Below are positions 35,040 to 48,917 of a DNA stretch of 64,000 bases, piece by piece. The DNA lies in assembly GCA_038087875.1 (NCBI GenBank), contig CM075995.1, positions 434,001 to 498,000 on the forward strand, read 5' to 3'. The position numbers and the translations under genes are program-made. Position 1 is the first letter of the stretch. The number at the start of each line of letters is the position of its first letter. Source of the DNA: Malacoraja senta. Its lineage: Eukaryota. A model generated the notes under the pieces. That model did not search any database. It saw only the letters and a list, made by a program, of their open reading frames with translations, and had not been told where the DNA came from.

Positions 35040-36457
35040 TTTAGGCTGGTCCTTACCCTCAACAACGTTTCCTTCGACTCCTCCCATTTCCTCCAAATAC
35101 AAGGCGTTGCTATGGGCACGCGCATGGGCCCCAGCTATGCCTGCCTCTTTGTAGGGTACGTCTAACAATCCTTGTTCGAGGTGTACCGTGGCCCTATCCC
35201 CGAACTCTACCTCCGCTACATCGACGACTGCATTGGTGCTACCTCCTGCACCCATGCAGAACTCAGTGACTTCCATCCGGCACTCAAATTCACCTGGACC
35301 ATTTCCGACATCTCCCTACCGTTTCTAGACCTCGCCATCTCCGTCGCAGGTGACAGACTACTGACCAACATCTACTACAAACCCACTGACTCCCATGGCT
35401 ATCTGGACTACACTTCTTCCCACCCTGCCTCCTGTAAGGACTCCAACCCCTACTCCCAATTCCTCCGTCTACGCCGCATCTACACCCAGGATGAGGTGTT
35501 CCAAACCAGGGCACCGGAGATGTCCTCATTCTTCAGGGAACGGGGATTTCCCTCTTCCACTATAGATGAGGCTCTCACCAGGGTCTCTTCTACACCCCGT
35601 AGCTCTGCTCTCACTCCCCATCCCCCTACTCGTAACAAGGGCAGAGTCCCCCTTGTCCTCACCTTCCACCCTAACAGCCATCGCATACAACATATAATCC
35701 ACCAACATTTTTGCCACCTCCAACGGGATCCCACCACTGGCCACATCTTCCCATCTCCCCCCCCTGTCTGCTTTCCGCAGAGACCATTCCCTCCGTAACT
35801 CCCTGGTCAATTCGTCCCTTCCCACCCAAACCATCCCCTCCCCGGTACTTTCCCCTGCAACCGCAGGAAATGCTACACTTGTCGCTTTACCTCCCCCCTC
35901 GACTCCATCCAAGGACCCAAGCAGTCTTTCCAGGTGAGGCAGAGGTTCACTTGCAACTCCTCCAACCTCATCTATTGCATGCGCTGTTCTAGGTGTCAAC
36001 TGCTCTACATCGGTGAGACCAAGCGCAGGCTTGGCGATCGCTTCGCCCAACACCTCCGCTCAGTTCGCAATAACAAACCTGATCTCCCGGTGGGTCAGCA
36101 CTTCAACTCCCCCTCCCATTCCGAATCCGACCTTTCTGTCCTGGGCCTCCTCCATGGCCACAGTGAGGTCCACCGCAAATTTGAGGAGCAGCACCTCATA
36201 TTTCGCTTGGGTAGTTTACACCCCAGCGGTATGAACATTGACTTCTCCAATTTCAGGTAGTCCTTGCTTTCTCCCACCTTCCCCTCCCCTTCCAAGCTCT
36301 CCCACAGCCTACGGTCTCCGCCTCTTCCTTTCTTCTTCCCTCCCCCACCCCCACGACATCAGTCTGAAGAAGGGTCTCGACCCTAAACGTCACCTATTCT
36401 TTCGCTCCATAGATGCTGCCTCACCCGCTGAGATTCTCCAGCTTTTTAGTCTACCTA
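35040..36457 (+). mobile_element. 5'-truncated Penelope-like retroelement (RT plus GIY-YIG endonuclease), inactivated
   Basis: QGVAMGTRMGPSYA, in-frame TAA, LRYIDD, YYKPTD; GIY-YIG region NLIYCMRCSRCQLLYIGETKRRLGDRFAQH ending TAG 36260; pyrimidine-rich UTR then the ctgaagaagggtctcgaccc terminal module. Confidence 0.93.
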
Positions 36458-39400
36458 CAATGTTGAGGCCTGACGATTGTCGATGGTAATCACCTATTGT
36501 CTTCCCGCTGACTGGTTAGCACGCAACAAAAGCTTTTCACCGTACCTCAGTACACGTGACAATAAACAAACCTGAGCCCAGCAAGCAACAAGGGTGATGA
36601 CCCAAAACCTTGTCTGTCCATTCTCTCCAGAGATGCTGCCTGACCTGCTGAGTTACTTCAGCATTTTGCGCCTTGTTCAAGCGACAGGTCTGTTTGGGCT
36701 CATTCAATTGCCTCCTGCTCACCTTTGAGTATGCGTGCTATTTTTAAATTACTCACTAAAAAAGAAATAGTAAGTTGTTTGCACAATTAAATGGCAGAGT
36801 TCACTGGTGCATAAACACCTGTTGGATATGTCAAATTCTGTACTTACGCTGTCAGGTTTCATATTTGGAACTTTACTCGGCTCCTATGAAAAACACAAAA
36901 ATAATTTGCCTGCTCATTTGAAGACAATTTCCATATTAGGCTTCGCTCCTGATCAAATAAGCAGATGAGGTACGATTTTGTGAAAAATCAAATAGCATTT
37001 AAAATGACCATGCCTAAAGAAAAATCTGTTACAGTACTGGAATATGCCATTTATAAAGCTGCACTTTATTCACACCACAATATATGCCTTAACATTTAGA
37101 AACATAGAAAATAGGTGCAGGAGGAGGCCATTCGGCCCTTCCAGCCGGCACCGCCATTCATTGTGATCATGGCTGATCATCCACAATCAGTAACCCGTGC
37201 CTGCCTTCCCCCCATATCCTCTGACTCCGCTAGCCCCTAGAGCTCTATCTAACTCTCTCTTAAATCCATCCAGTGAATTGGCCTCCACTGCCTTCTGTGG
37301 CAGAGAATTCCACAAATTCACAACTCTCGGGGTGAATTTCTGTCAGAGAATTGGTTTATTTTAGGAACTTCTGAGAATAGAGGTTGGGGGTCATGTTGCA
37401 GTTATACAAGACGTTGGTGAGGCCACATTTAGAGTATTGTGTTCAGTACTGGGCACCATGTTATAGGAAAGATGTTGTCAAGCTGGAAAAGGGTGCAGAG
37501 AAGATTTAACGGAGATGTTGCAGGATTTGAGAGCCCAAGCTAGAGGGAGAGTTTGAGCAGGCTGGGTCTCTATTCCTTGAAGCGCAGGAAACATGGAAAA
37601 TAGGTACAGGAATAGGCCATTCGGCCCCTTCGAGGAAGCACCGCCATTCAATATGACATGGCTGATGATCCAAAATCAGTACCCCGTTCCTCCTTTCTCC
37701 CCATATACCGATGATGAGTGGCGATCTTATAATGGTGTACAAAATCGTGGGAGGAATAGATCGGGTAGACGCGCAGTCTCTTGCCTAGAGTAGGGGAAAC
37801 GAGAAGCAGAGGACACATGTTTAAGGTGAGGGAGGAAAGATTTAATAGGAACCAAAGGGGTAACATTTTCACACAACGGGTGGTGGGTGTATGAAACGAG
37901 CTGCTGGAGGAGGTAGTTGAGACAGGGACTATCACAACATTTAAGAAATAATTGGACAGATACGTGGTATAGGACAAGTTTAGAGGGATATGGGCCAAAT
38001 GTAGGCAGGTGGGACTAGTGTAGATGGGACATGTTGATCGGCGTGGGCAGGTTGGGTCAGTTTCCTTGGTGTATAACTCTAGGAGACAGTGCTAATAATA
38101 ACTCATGGCCCAGTACCATTCGATGAGGGTCACAATAGTCATTCATTTATTCCTGCTAAGCTGACCAATATATTTTCATGTAGTTTTCATGTTCATAAGT
38201 GATAGGAGTATTCTCCCCATAACCTCTGATACCCGCACTAGTCAAGAATCTATCCATTTCTGCCTTAAAAATATCCATTGACTTGGCCTCCACAGCCTTC
38301 TGTGACAATTAAATCCAAAGATTCACTACCTTCTGACTAAAGAAATTCCTACTCATCTCCTTCCCAAAGGAACGTCCTGACCTCTGATCCCTGACTCTCC
38401 CACAAGTGGTAACATCCTCTCCACATCCACTCTATCCAGGCCTTTTACCATTTGGTAAGTATCAATGAGGTCCTCCTTCATCCTTCTAAACTTCAGCAAG
38501 TACAGGCCCAGAGCCGTCAAACGCTCATCATATGTTAATCCACTCATTCCTGGGACCAGTCTTGTAAATCTCCTCTGAACCCTTTCCAGAGTCAGCACAT
38601 CCTTCCTCAGATATGGGATCCAGAATTGCTTACAATCATGAAGTTTGAAAATCTTAATTCTCATGAAAAAAATCAGATGGTAATGTTAAAGATCGCAGGA
38701 TATTCATGTCTCACCAGTGAATCATATCATCTGTTAAATTCCATGAAAACCTTACAGTTTAGACTCAAGGTCGGATGGGGGAATCAAGAATTAGAGGCCT
38801 TAGGTGTATGATGAGTGGGGCAAGATGTAATAGGAACCTAAGGGACATAGAAACATAGAAAATAGGTCCAGGAGTACGCCGTTCGGCCCTTCGAGCCAGC
38901 ACCGCCATTCAATATGATCATGGCTGATCATCCAAAATCAGTTCCCCGTTCCTGGTTTCCCCCCCCTATCCCTTGATTACTTTAGCCCTAAGGACCTAAA
39001 TGAGTGCTTGAAGGCACTGGGCCTGTAGCCGCTGGAGTTTAGAAGGATGAGGGGTCCCCTCAATGAAACTTACCGAATAGTGAAAGGCTTGGATAGAGTG
39101 GATGAGGAGAGGATGCTTCCATTAGTTGGAGAGTCTAGGTCATACTCAGAATAAAAGGATGTTCCTTTAGAAAGGAGATGAGGAGGGATTTCTTTAGTCA
39201 GACGGTGGTGAATCTGCAGAATTCATTGCTACAGAAGGCTGTGGAGGCCAAGTCAATGGATATTTTTAAGATGGAGATTGACAGATTCTTGATTAGTACG
39301 GGTGTCAGGGGTTATGGGGAGAAGGGAGGAGAATGGGGTAGAGATGGAAAGATAGATCAGCCATGCATTAAAGACGTACACGGCAGAGAACCATATTTCT

Positions 39401-40196
39401 ACAACAAGAAGGTACACAAAAATGCTGGAGAAACTCAGCGGGTGCAGCAGCATCTATGGTGCGAAGGAGATAGGCAACGTTTCGGGCCGAAACCCTTCTT
39501 CAGACGCTTTCTACAACAAGAAGTTCCTCAACATGATCATAGATACATTTGCAAGAAAAAAGTTCTTGTTGGGTCCTGGGACTGACTTTGCAAGTAGACA
39601 GTTAGCAAATGAGTGGGTAATAAGGGCCGCCTGTAAAAGCTACTGCAATTATTACAGTGCAGAAGGTGGTCCGTAATAAACAACGGATAGTCATATGATT
39701 TTCAGTGGCAAGAGTACAGATCTACACAGGTCGTTTGCTGAAAAACCACGTAACCAGGTTATAGCTCAGAATTCAACAGAAGGACAATGTGGCCCATTTT
39801 TTCCCCTCATTTGCGTTAACCCTGTGTAAATTAGTTAACTGTTGTGAACCTGTATGGGGTTATGAAGGAGAGATAGATCAGCCATGATCTATTGGCAGAG
39901 TAGACTTGATGGGTCGAATGGCCTAATTCTGCCCCTATCACTTATGAACCTCAGACAAGTAAAGGTATTACCAGAAAGGAGACCAAAGTGGAGTGCAATA
40001 CTATACATCAAACAGACTCACAACAGTCTCCTCCCATTTCATTTATACTTTTTATTAAATTATAATTTGATATAAATTAGATTTAATTCATATCTAGTAT
40101 GAAATGATATCCCTAGTTGGATATCCCGAGTCTAGGACCAGAGGCCACAGCCTCAGAATAAAAGGACACGTACCTTTAAAAAGGAGATGAGGAGGA

Positions 40197-40610
40197 ATTT
40201 AGAAGATTGAGAGGGGATCTTATGGAAACTTACAAAATTCTTAAAGGGTTGGACAGGCTAGATGCAGGAAGATTGTTCCCGATGTTGGGGAAGTCCAGAA
40301 CAAGGGGTCACAGTTTAAGGATAAGGGGGAAATCTTTTAGGACCGAGATGAGAAAAACATTTTTCACACAGAGAGTGGTGAATCTCTGGAATTCTCTGCC
40401 ACAGAAGGTAGTTGAGGCCAGTTCATTGGCTATATTTAAGAGGGAGTTAGATGTGGCCCTTGTGGCTAAAGGGGTCAGGGGGTATGGATAGAAGGCAGGT
40501 ACAGGATACTGAGTTGGATGATCAGCCATGATCATATTGAATGGCGGTGCAGGCTCGAAGGGCCGAATGGCCTACTCCTGCACATATTTTCTATGTTTCT
40601 ATGTTTCTAA
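40197..40610 (+). mobile_element. CR1 3' fragment nested in another CR1 3' end (40128-40850)
   Basis: ORF 40207-40491; host resumes at aatttctttagtcag. Confidence 0.85.
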
Positions 40611-42157
40611 TTTCTTTAGTCAGATGGTAGTGAATCTGTGGAATTCTTTGCCACAGAAGGCTGTGGAGGTCAAGTCAATGGATAATTTTAAGGCTGAGAT
40701 TGACAGATTCTTGATTAGTGCGGGTGTCAGGGGTTGTGGGGAGAAGGCAGGAGAATGGGGTTGAGAGGGAGAGTTAGATCAGCCATGATTGATTGGTGGA
40801 GTAGACTTGATGGGCTGAATGGCCTAATTCTTTTCCTAGAACTTATTCAGGAGCATGAAATTATTGCAGCAGTAACATACAATTGTATATCGCCTCTGGC
40901 GGTGTCCCGTCGGTAACGACGATAGCAGGTTGTGCAGACTCAATTCTGGTGAGTTCTGACATAGCTCATGAGTCTGTAGCGAAGAGGGCTGAACAAATCA
41001 CCTCGAAGGTATCAAATATTGCACGATGCATCAAATGGAAAAGAAAAATGCTCAATGAGGGAAAGAGAGAGATAGATAATTTTAATAATTGAAATGGGAA
41101 AGACTGAGAGCAGTGCTGAACTACTATCTGCCTCTTTGGTGACCCTAGGACAATCCTTGATCGGACTATGCTGGCTTTACCTTGCACTAAACGTTATTCC
41201 CTTATCACGTATCTGTACACTGTAAACGGCTCGATTGTAATCATGTATTGTCTTTCCGCTGACTGGTTAGCACGCAACAAAAGCTTTTCACTGTACACGT
41301 GACAATAACCTAAACAATACTCAGCTGCAAATGCTGCGACAGCTGCTTTGGCACCCATCCATGAGAAGATTTCCCACCAATTTCTCCCCCTCCCCTTCTG
41401 CTATTGATTGAAGTTGCGAATGAAAAAAAAAAATCTGAGGAGCGGGATCAGATGGAAATGAGCTTCAGGCTCTCCTTGACTCCAAAATAACTTGGGCGGG
41501 AAGAGAAAAAAAGCATCATCATTTACAGGTAGGCTGTTTAATGCCCGAGGGCCCGAAAGAACACAAGGCGGAAAATATGCGGTGGATGGGGAATTGAAAG
41601 CAGATGTTCTTAAACAAATTGGAAGCACAGTTAGTCAAAGCAAGAGGCCAGAGGTTGGCGACGCTGAGAAAACCCAGCAGGAGGGTTAAGGATAAAGAAG
41701 GGGAATGATGTTGTCAGCCAGAAGAATTACTTCCATGTCAATATCCTGGATGACTTATTCAGGAGAAGGGGTAGTTTTGGTTCAGTTTAGTTTATTGTCA
41801 TGTGTACCGTGGTACAGTGAAAAGCTTTCGTTGCGTGCTAACCAGTCAGCGGAAAGTTCATAGCTTCTCGGAGCAGAATTTCGCCATTCGTCCTTCAAGT
41901 CTACTCTGCCCTTCAATCGTGTCTGGATCTATCTTTCCCTTTCAAACCCATTCTCCTGCCTTCTCCTCATAACCCCTGACAACCTTACTAATTAAAGACA
42001 GTAAGACAATACATGATTACAATTGAGCATTTCCACAGCGTACAGATACACCATAAAGGGAATGGTGTTTAGTGCAAGATAAAGTCCAGTAAAGTCCAAT
42101 TAAAGATAGTCTGAGGGTCTCCAATGAGGTAGATAGTAGCTCAGGTTCTCTCTTGTT

Positions 42158-42349
42158 CAGTGGTTCTTAACCTTTTTGACATACGTACGCGCATACGCAA
42201 ACAAAATACTGTGTGTAGTAGGTACCTTTGTTAGGTTCCTAAAAATGGGCTCAACAAATGGATATGTTATTTATGAGCCCTTCATGTCCCCCGGTAAAGC
42301 CCCAAGTGACCCCCCGTGGGGGTCCCGACCCCCAGGTTAAGAACCACTG
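42158..42349. mobile_element. hAT (Charlie-like) MITE
   Basis: TIR CAGTGGTTCTTAACCT/AGGTTAAGAACCACTG; 8-bp TSD ctcttgtt/ctctagtt. Confidence 0.88.
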
Positions 42350-43077
42350 CTCTAGTTGTTGGTTGGATAGTTCAGTTGCCTGATAGCAGCAGAGAAGAAA
42401 CTGCCCCAGAATTCGGAGGTGTAGGAAGAAAAATATATTCTTGGTTGTTCATCAATCATCAATAGCAAAATGAAATGTGTTTGTTGCCCAATCTGCTCAG
42501 TCGATAATAAATAAACCTGTCTGCAGTTCAGGGGTGATTTTCTGTAATTCAAGTGAACATGGGATAAACATATTTAAATAAGAAGCTTTAACTAAAGCCT
42601 GCATTCACAGACCATTTTTTTCCTTTCCTCTGCAATAATTTAAGGTCATAAGGTCACAAGGAATAAGAGTAGAATTAGGCCATTCGGCCCATCAAGTCTA
42701 CTCCGCCATTCAATCGTGGCTGATCTATCTTTCCCTCCTCACACCATTCCACTGCCTTCTCCCCATAACCTCTGACACCTAATTTAGGAATTAACATAGG
42801 TTTATTATTGTCATGTGTACTGAGATATATTAAAAAGCTTCTGTTTGCATGCTATCCAGTCAAACCATACTACGCATGAGTTAAATCAAGCCAAATACAT
42901 GTACAATGGTTGAGAAAAATACCAGAGTGCTAGAATATAGTTCACAACATTGCAGCATTACAGTTACAAAGAAAGTGTAGAGTGATACAGCGTGGAAACA
43001 GGCCCTATGACCCAACTTGCCCACACCAACCATCTGCATTAGTCCCACTTGCCTGCGTTTGGCCCATATCATTCTAA

Positions 43078-43373
43078 AGGGCCTGACCCACTGTACGAGG
43101 TAATTCAAGAGCTCTCCCTAGTTTCCCCTGATTCGAACTCGGAGAATTACGGTAATAGCCGCTCGTGGGTACTCGGGGCTCTCGTGGACACTCTACGCAC
43201 TGTTGAAAAAACTTCACGAGCTTACCGCGTTTCCCGAATACCTGCCGTTAGCGTTACGAGCCACTAAGAGACGTCCCGAGCTCCGACGTACCCGCTACGT
43301 ACTTACCACGAGTTTGATTTTTTTTTAAACTCGGGAGAGCTCTTGGGTAAACTCGTACAGTGGGACAGGCTCT
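43078..43373. mobile_element. PIF/Harbinger-like MITE, family B
   Basis: AGGGCCTGACCCACTGTACGAG/CTCGTACAGTGGGACAGGCTCT; perfect TAA TSD. Confidence 0.85.
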
Positions 43374-43560
43374 TAAACCTGTCCTATCCATGTACCTATC
43401 AAATTGCTCCTGAAACGTTGCGATAGTCCCTACCTCAACCACCTCCTCCGGCAGTTCATTCCATGCACCCACCACCCTTTGTGTTAAAAGGTACACCTCA
43501 GATTCCTATAAAATCTTTCTTGTGTTCTCGATTTCCCCATTCCGGGCAAAAGACTCTGGA

Positions 43561-43975
43561 AGGGATGCCAACTGTCCCCTATTAGCCGGGATATCCCATT
43601 TGTTGGGCTAAAGTGGTTAGTCCCATACGGGACCGCCCTTGTCCTGTATTTGACTGCTACTACTCGGGTCGAAGGGACTGTCGGGTCGGAGCGCCGCTTC
43701 TGGCTCCGCCGTAGCGCAGCCAATGGAGTGCAGCAGCTGCGTCTCGCCCGTGGCCCCGTCGGTCGGCAGCCCGGCCAGCTGTCCGACCTCCGAAACTTTG
43801 CTTACCGCCGACACCACCACCACCCCTCCTTCTCATGGCCGATCATCGGTTCATGAGTTGGGCGGGGCGCCGGACTTTGGGCGGCCCGGGCCAAAACTCC
43901 TCAGCTGGCCAGCCGGCTGGGCTTTGTGTGCACCCGGGCCAACCAGGGTGCACCCCAGCGTTTGAGAGGGACGTT
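43561..43975 (+). mobile_element. Possible left end of a GC-rich hAT-type non-autonomous element
   Basis: Starts AGGGATGCCAACTGTCCC..CCGGGA, resembling AGGGTTGCCA-type hAT termini; no matching right end found. Confidence 0.4.
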
Positions 43976-44814
43976 CGGTTGTCTAATAACAGCAGGGAAG
44001 GTGTTCTTGAATTTGGTGGTAAGTGTTTTCAAGCTTTTGTATCTTACATCGAACAGGAGGAGAGAGGAGTGACTGGGGTGCAAGTGATCTTCGATTATGT
44101 TGGCTGCTTCACTGAGGCAGCATGAAGTGTAGATGGAGTTCAAGGGTCAGTTGGGAGAAGGGGAGAGAGTTAGGGGGCTGCTTTTTTTGTGATGGTCTGG
44201 GTCACATTCACAATTCTCTGAATTTCTAGCAGTCTTTACTTTAGCTCGGAGATACAGTGTGGGGACTGGCCCATGGCCCACAGAGTCTGTGCTGACCAGC
44301 GATCCCCTTACACTACACACAAAGGATAATTTATAGAGACCAATTAACCTACAAACCTGCACATCTGTGGAATATTGTAGTTGCACAACTTAAGACAGCT
44401 ACACATAATGCAGGATTTATTTTGATCTAAGGTATTATATCATCCAATCAGTTTTTTTGTTTTAAACCAGTGAGAAGAAAGGAACAGCAGATGCTGGTTT
44501 ATACTGAAGATAGACACAAAGTGCTGGAGTAACTCAGCAGGTCAGGCAGCATCTGTGGCGTTTTGAGTTGGGTCGAAGAAGGGTACTGACCCGAAACGTC
44601 ACCCCATCCCTTTTCTCCAGAGATGCTGCCTGACCCGCTGAGTTACTCCAGCACTTTGTGTTTATCTTTTTTTTTAAACCAGTATCATTTCATAAGTTCA
44701 TGTTCATAAGTTGTAGGAGCAGAATTAGGCCATTCGGCCCATCAAGTCTACTCTGCCATTCAATCATTGTGATCTATCTTTCCCTCTCAACCCCATTCTC
44801 CTGCCTTCTCCCCC

Positions 44815-45605
44815 CAAAAAAACGGGAAGGCAGACTATTATCTAAATGGTGGCTGATTAGGAAATGGGGAGATGCAGCGAGACCTGGGTGTCATGGTACA
44901 CCAGTCATTGAAAGTAGGCATGCAGGTGCAGCAGGCAGTGAAGAAAGCGAATGGTATGTTAGCTTTCATAGCAAAAGGATTTGAGTATAGGAGCAGGGAG
45001 GTTCTACTGCAGTTGTACAGGGTCTTGGTGAGACCACACCTGGAGTATTGCGTACAGTTTTGGTCTCCAAATCTGAGGAAGGACATTATAGCCATAGAGG
45101 GAGTGCAGAGAAGGTTCACCAGACTGATTCCTGGGATGTCAGGACTTTCATATGAAGAAAGACTGGATAGACTTGGCTTATACTCGCTAGAATTTAGGAG
45201 ATTGAGAGGGGATCTTATAGAAACGTACAAAATTCTTAAGGGGTTGGACAGGCTAGATGCAGGAAGATTGTTCCCGATGTTGGGGAAGTCCAGAACAAGG
45301 GGTCACAGCTTAAGGATAAGGGGGAAATCCTTTAAGACCGAGATGAGGAAAAACTTTTTCACACAGAGAGTGGTGAATCTCTGGAACTCTCTGCCACAAA
45401 GGGTAGTTGAGGCCAGTTCATTGGCTATATTTAAGAGGGAGTTAGATGTGGCCCTTGTGGCTAAGGGGATCAGGGGGTATGGAGAGAAGGCAGGTATGGG
45501 ATACTGAGTTGGATGATCAGCCATGATCATATTGAATGGCGGTGCAGGCTCGAAGGGCCGAATGGCCTACTCCTGCACCTATTTTCTATGTATCTATGTA
45601 TCTAT
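44815..45605 (+). mobile_element. Young CR1 3' fragment with a 211-aa open ORF2 piece
   Basis: ORF 44872-45507 uninterrupted; 3' UTR and tail; nested within an opposite-strand CR1 (44698-46330). Confidence 0.93.
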
Positions 45606-48600
45606 AACCCTAGACACCCCAACTAATCAAGAATCTATCAATCTCCACCTTTTAAAAATTTCCATTGACGGCCTCCACAGCCTTCTGTGGCAATGAATTC
45701 CACAGATTCACCACCCTCTGACTAAAGAGATTCAACAGACAATGGACAATAGGTGCAGGAGTAGGCCATTTGGCCCTTCGAGCCAGCACCGCCATTCATT
45801 GTGATCATGGCTGATCATCCCCAATCCGTACCCCGTTCCTGCCTTCTCCCCATATCCACTGACTCCGCTATTTTTAAGAGCCCTATCTAGCTCTCTCTTG
45901 AAAGCATCCAGAGAACCCGCCTCCACCACCCTCTGAGGCAGAGAATTCCACAGACTCACCACTCTCTGTGAGAAAAAGTGTTTCCTCATCTCCGTTCTAA
46001 ATGGCTTACTCCATATTCTTAAACTGTGGCCCATGGTTCTGGATCCAGATCCTCCTGGTCCTCCTCATCTCCTTTTATTCTGAGGCTATGGCCTCTGGTC
46101 CTAGACTCTCCCACTAGTGGAAACATTCTCTCCATATCCACTCTATCCAGGCCTTTCAATATTCTGTATGTTTCAATGAGGTCACCCCCTCATTCTTCTA
46201 AATTCCAGTGAGTACAGGCCCAGTGCCGACAATCGCTCATCATAGGTTAACCTACTCATTCTTGAGATCATTCTTGTAGACCTCCTCTGGACCGGACCCT
46301 CTCCAGAGCCAGCACATCCTTCCTCACGATATGGTGCCCAAAACAGTCAGGGTGATGCGGGCCATTGATGCTGCCGGTTGCCACTTTGAGGCGGCGCCTT
46401 CTATAGATTCCTTCGATGGTGGGTTCCCCCCTCAGGCTTCTAAAACTCCAGCGAGTGCAGGCCCAGTCCTGTCAAATGGTTATAATTTCTCCCCTGCGAC
46501 ATTAGGACATTTTTACTCTTTGTCACGAACACTGTTTCTAGATCACAAAATGGAAAGACTCGTAATCCACTCAGTTGGGTCCTCGCTGCAGCCAGGCAGA
46601 GTCTGACATACCGACTAACCTCGAAGTACAAGCACAGACTCATCCGTTTACAAGATTGCCTGAGGAATGAAGGAACTGCATTTAGCAACTAAACACAGCT
46701 CACTAATGCATGCTTGTCGGAACCAGACTAGTACATTGGAATGTGTCCAATACTTTCTCCTAAACCATTAATGCTGCAAACTGTTACTGCTTTCATTGTG
46801 TAATGAAACATTCCCTGGGGCCTAAGCCAAGGCTTCAAAACACAAAAGATAGCTATGGGTACGTACACAAGAAACTTCAGATGCTGGAAGGTGTGTGGAT
46901 GGCCCAACTGGAGATGGGATTATACTGAATAGGCACAAAATGCTGGAGTAACTTAGCAGGTCAGGCAGCATCTCTGGAAAAAAGGAATAGGTGACATTTC
47001 AGGTCGAGACCCTTCTTCAGACTGAGAGTTGGGGGGGGGGGGGGGTTAAAATAAATCTATGCTCCTTGTCTCACAGCTCTGTGGTACTTGAAATTCTTGA
47101 CCATTGTTCATCTTGTAGGTTCTCGATGGCATATATCATCACCTTAGATACATTTTAGTAATATTCACAAACTCTACCTTAATTAAGTACGTCTCCTGGT
47201 TCATCTCCCTAAACAAACTAAATATTATGGGGTGGCAGAGCGGCTGCCTCACTGCACCAGAGAACCGGTTCGATCCTGACCTCGGATGTTGTCTACATGG
47301 AGTTTGAATTTTCGCCCTGCGACCGAGTGGGTTTCCTCCAGATTCTTCGGTTTCCTCCAACATCCCAAAGTTCAGTTTAGTTCAGAAATACAGCGAGGAA
47401 ACAGGCCCTTCGGCCCATCGAGTTTGCATCGACCAGCGATCCCCGCACACTAACACTATCCTACACACACACGAGGGACAAATTACATTTATACCCAGGC
47501 CAATTAGCCAACAAACCTGTACGTCTTCGGAGTGCGGGAGGAAACCGAAGCTCTCGGTGAAAATCCACGTGGCCACAGGGAGAACGTTCAAACTCCGTAC
47601 AGACAGCACCCGCAGTCGGCATCAAACATGGATCTCTGTGCTGTAAGGCAGCAACTCTACCGCTACTGTAAATTGCTACTGTAAATTGCCTCTAATGTGT
47701 AGGGAGTGGATGGAAAAGTGGGATAACATGGGAACTAGTGTGAAGAGGTGATTGAAGCCTGCTTTCATACGACATGACTTTAATTACACATTTAGTGGTG
47801 CAACCTCCAATAGGGGGAAGTGCAAATTCTTATGAATCAGAAGTTCTGCCCATGTGGATTTTCCTGCAATTTCTTTCAGATCATTTGGATTGGCCAATGC
47901 ATAAAATAGGAGATACAGCATGAAAACCAGCCCTTCGGCTCACCAATTCTATGCCGAAAGTTAAGCATCCATTTTACTTTAGTCCTATTAAGACCCATTT
48001 CATGCTGCTCCTATTCTCAGCAATTGAGATTCTACCACTCCACACTGCAAACTGGAGGCAATTTACAGTAGCCAATTAATCTAACAAGCTATTATTTGTG
48101 GGATGTGGGAGGAAGCCAGAGCACCTAGGTGCCACATGGTCACGAAGACCGCATTCAAGCTTCACACAGACAGCGTTGGTGGTCAGGATCGAGTTATAGA
48201 GTCATAGAGCGATTCAGTGTGGAAACATGCCCTTTGGCCCAACTTGCTTACAACATGTCCCAGCTACACTAGTCCCACCTGCCTGTGCTTGGTCCTTATC
48301 CCTCCAAACTTGTCCTATCCATGTACCTGTCTAACTGTTTCTTAACGTTGGAATAGTCCCAGCCTCAACTATCTCCTCTGGCAGCTTGTTCCATACACCC
48401 ACCACCCTCTGTGCAAGAAGCCTGGGTCATTGGAGGTATGAGGCAGTAGCTCTACCAGTGCACCATGTGAAATGTCCCGCAGGGGATATAAAGACAGAAA
48501 GAAATTCCTCCTCATCATCTTTCTACAGGTACCTCCTTCTATTCGGAGGCTCTCCCACGTCCACTCTATCAGCTACATTTGCCAGAGAGAGATTTGTCAT

Positions 48601-48698
48601 CTGCGACTGGACTCAAAAGACTCCTCCAGCGAGGAGGTCAATTTCTGATGCATCTTAATGTTTCCAAATCGATTTACTTGCTAGGAGTTCCTATAGGC

Positions 48699-48917
48699 CA
48701 GGGGTTCGCAACCTTTTTTCATCCCGTTTACCCCTGGCAACTTTAATAGACATAACAATGATATTTCACTGATTTATGAACAACTAATGATGAACAGATA
48801 CCGACCGGTATATCAGAACCAAACACAGTCAGTCAATGAGAGAAAATATGTACAAATCCAGAATCGACAAATTTACCCCCTGGGTAGGCGAAATTTACCC
48901 CAGGTTGGGAACCCTTG
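48699..48917. mobile_element. hAT (Charlie-like) MITE
   Basis: TIR CAGGGGTTCGCAACCT/AGGTTGGGAACCCTTG; perfect 8-bp TSD ctataggc. Confidence 0.9.

Noticed and set aside
40883..41092. 69-aa ORF with an internal ctg|gtgagt donor on the plus strand
   Set aside because: Antisense to the host gene, no recognisable homology and no good acceptor.
44872..45507. 211-aa intact ORF as a host gene
   Set aside because: It is the CR1 ORF2 C-terminus of a 5'-truncated copy, with no endonuclease or RT core.
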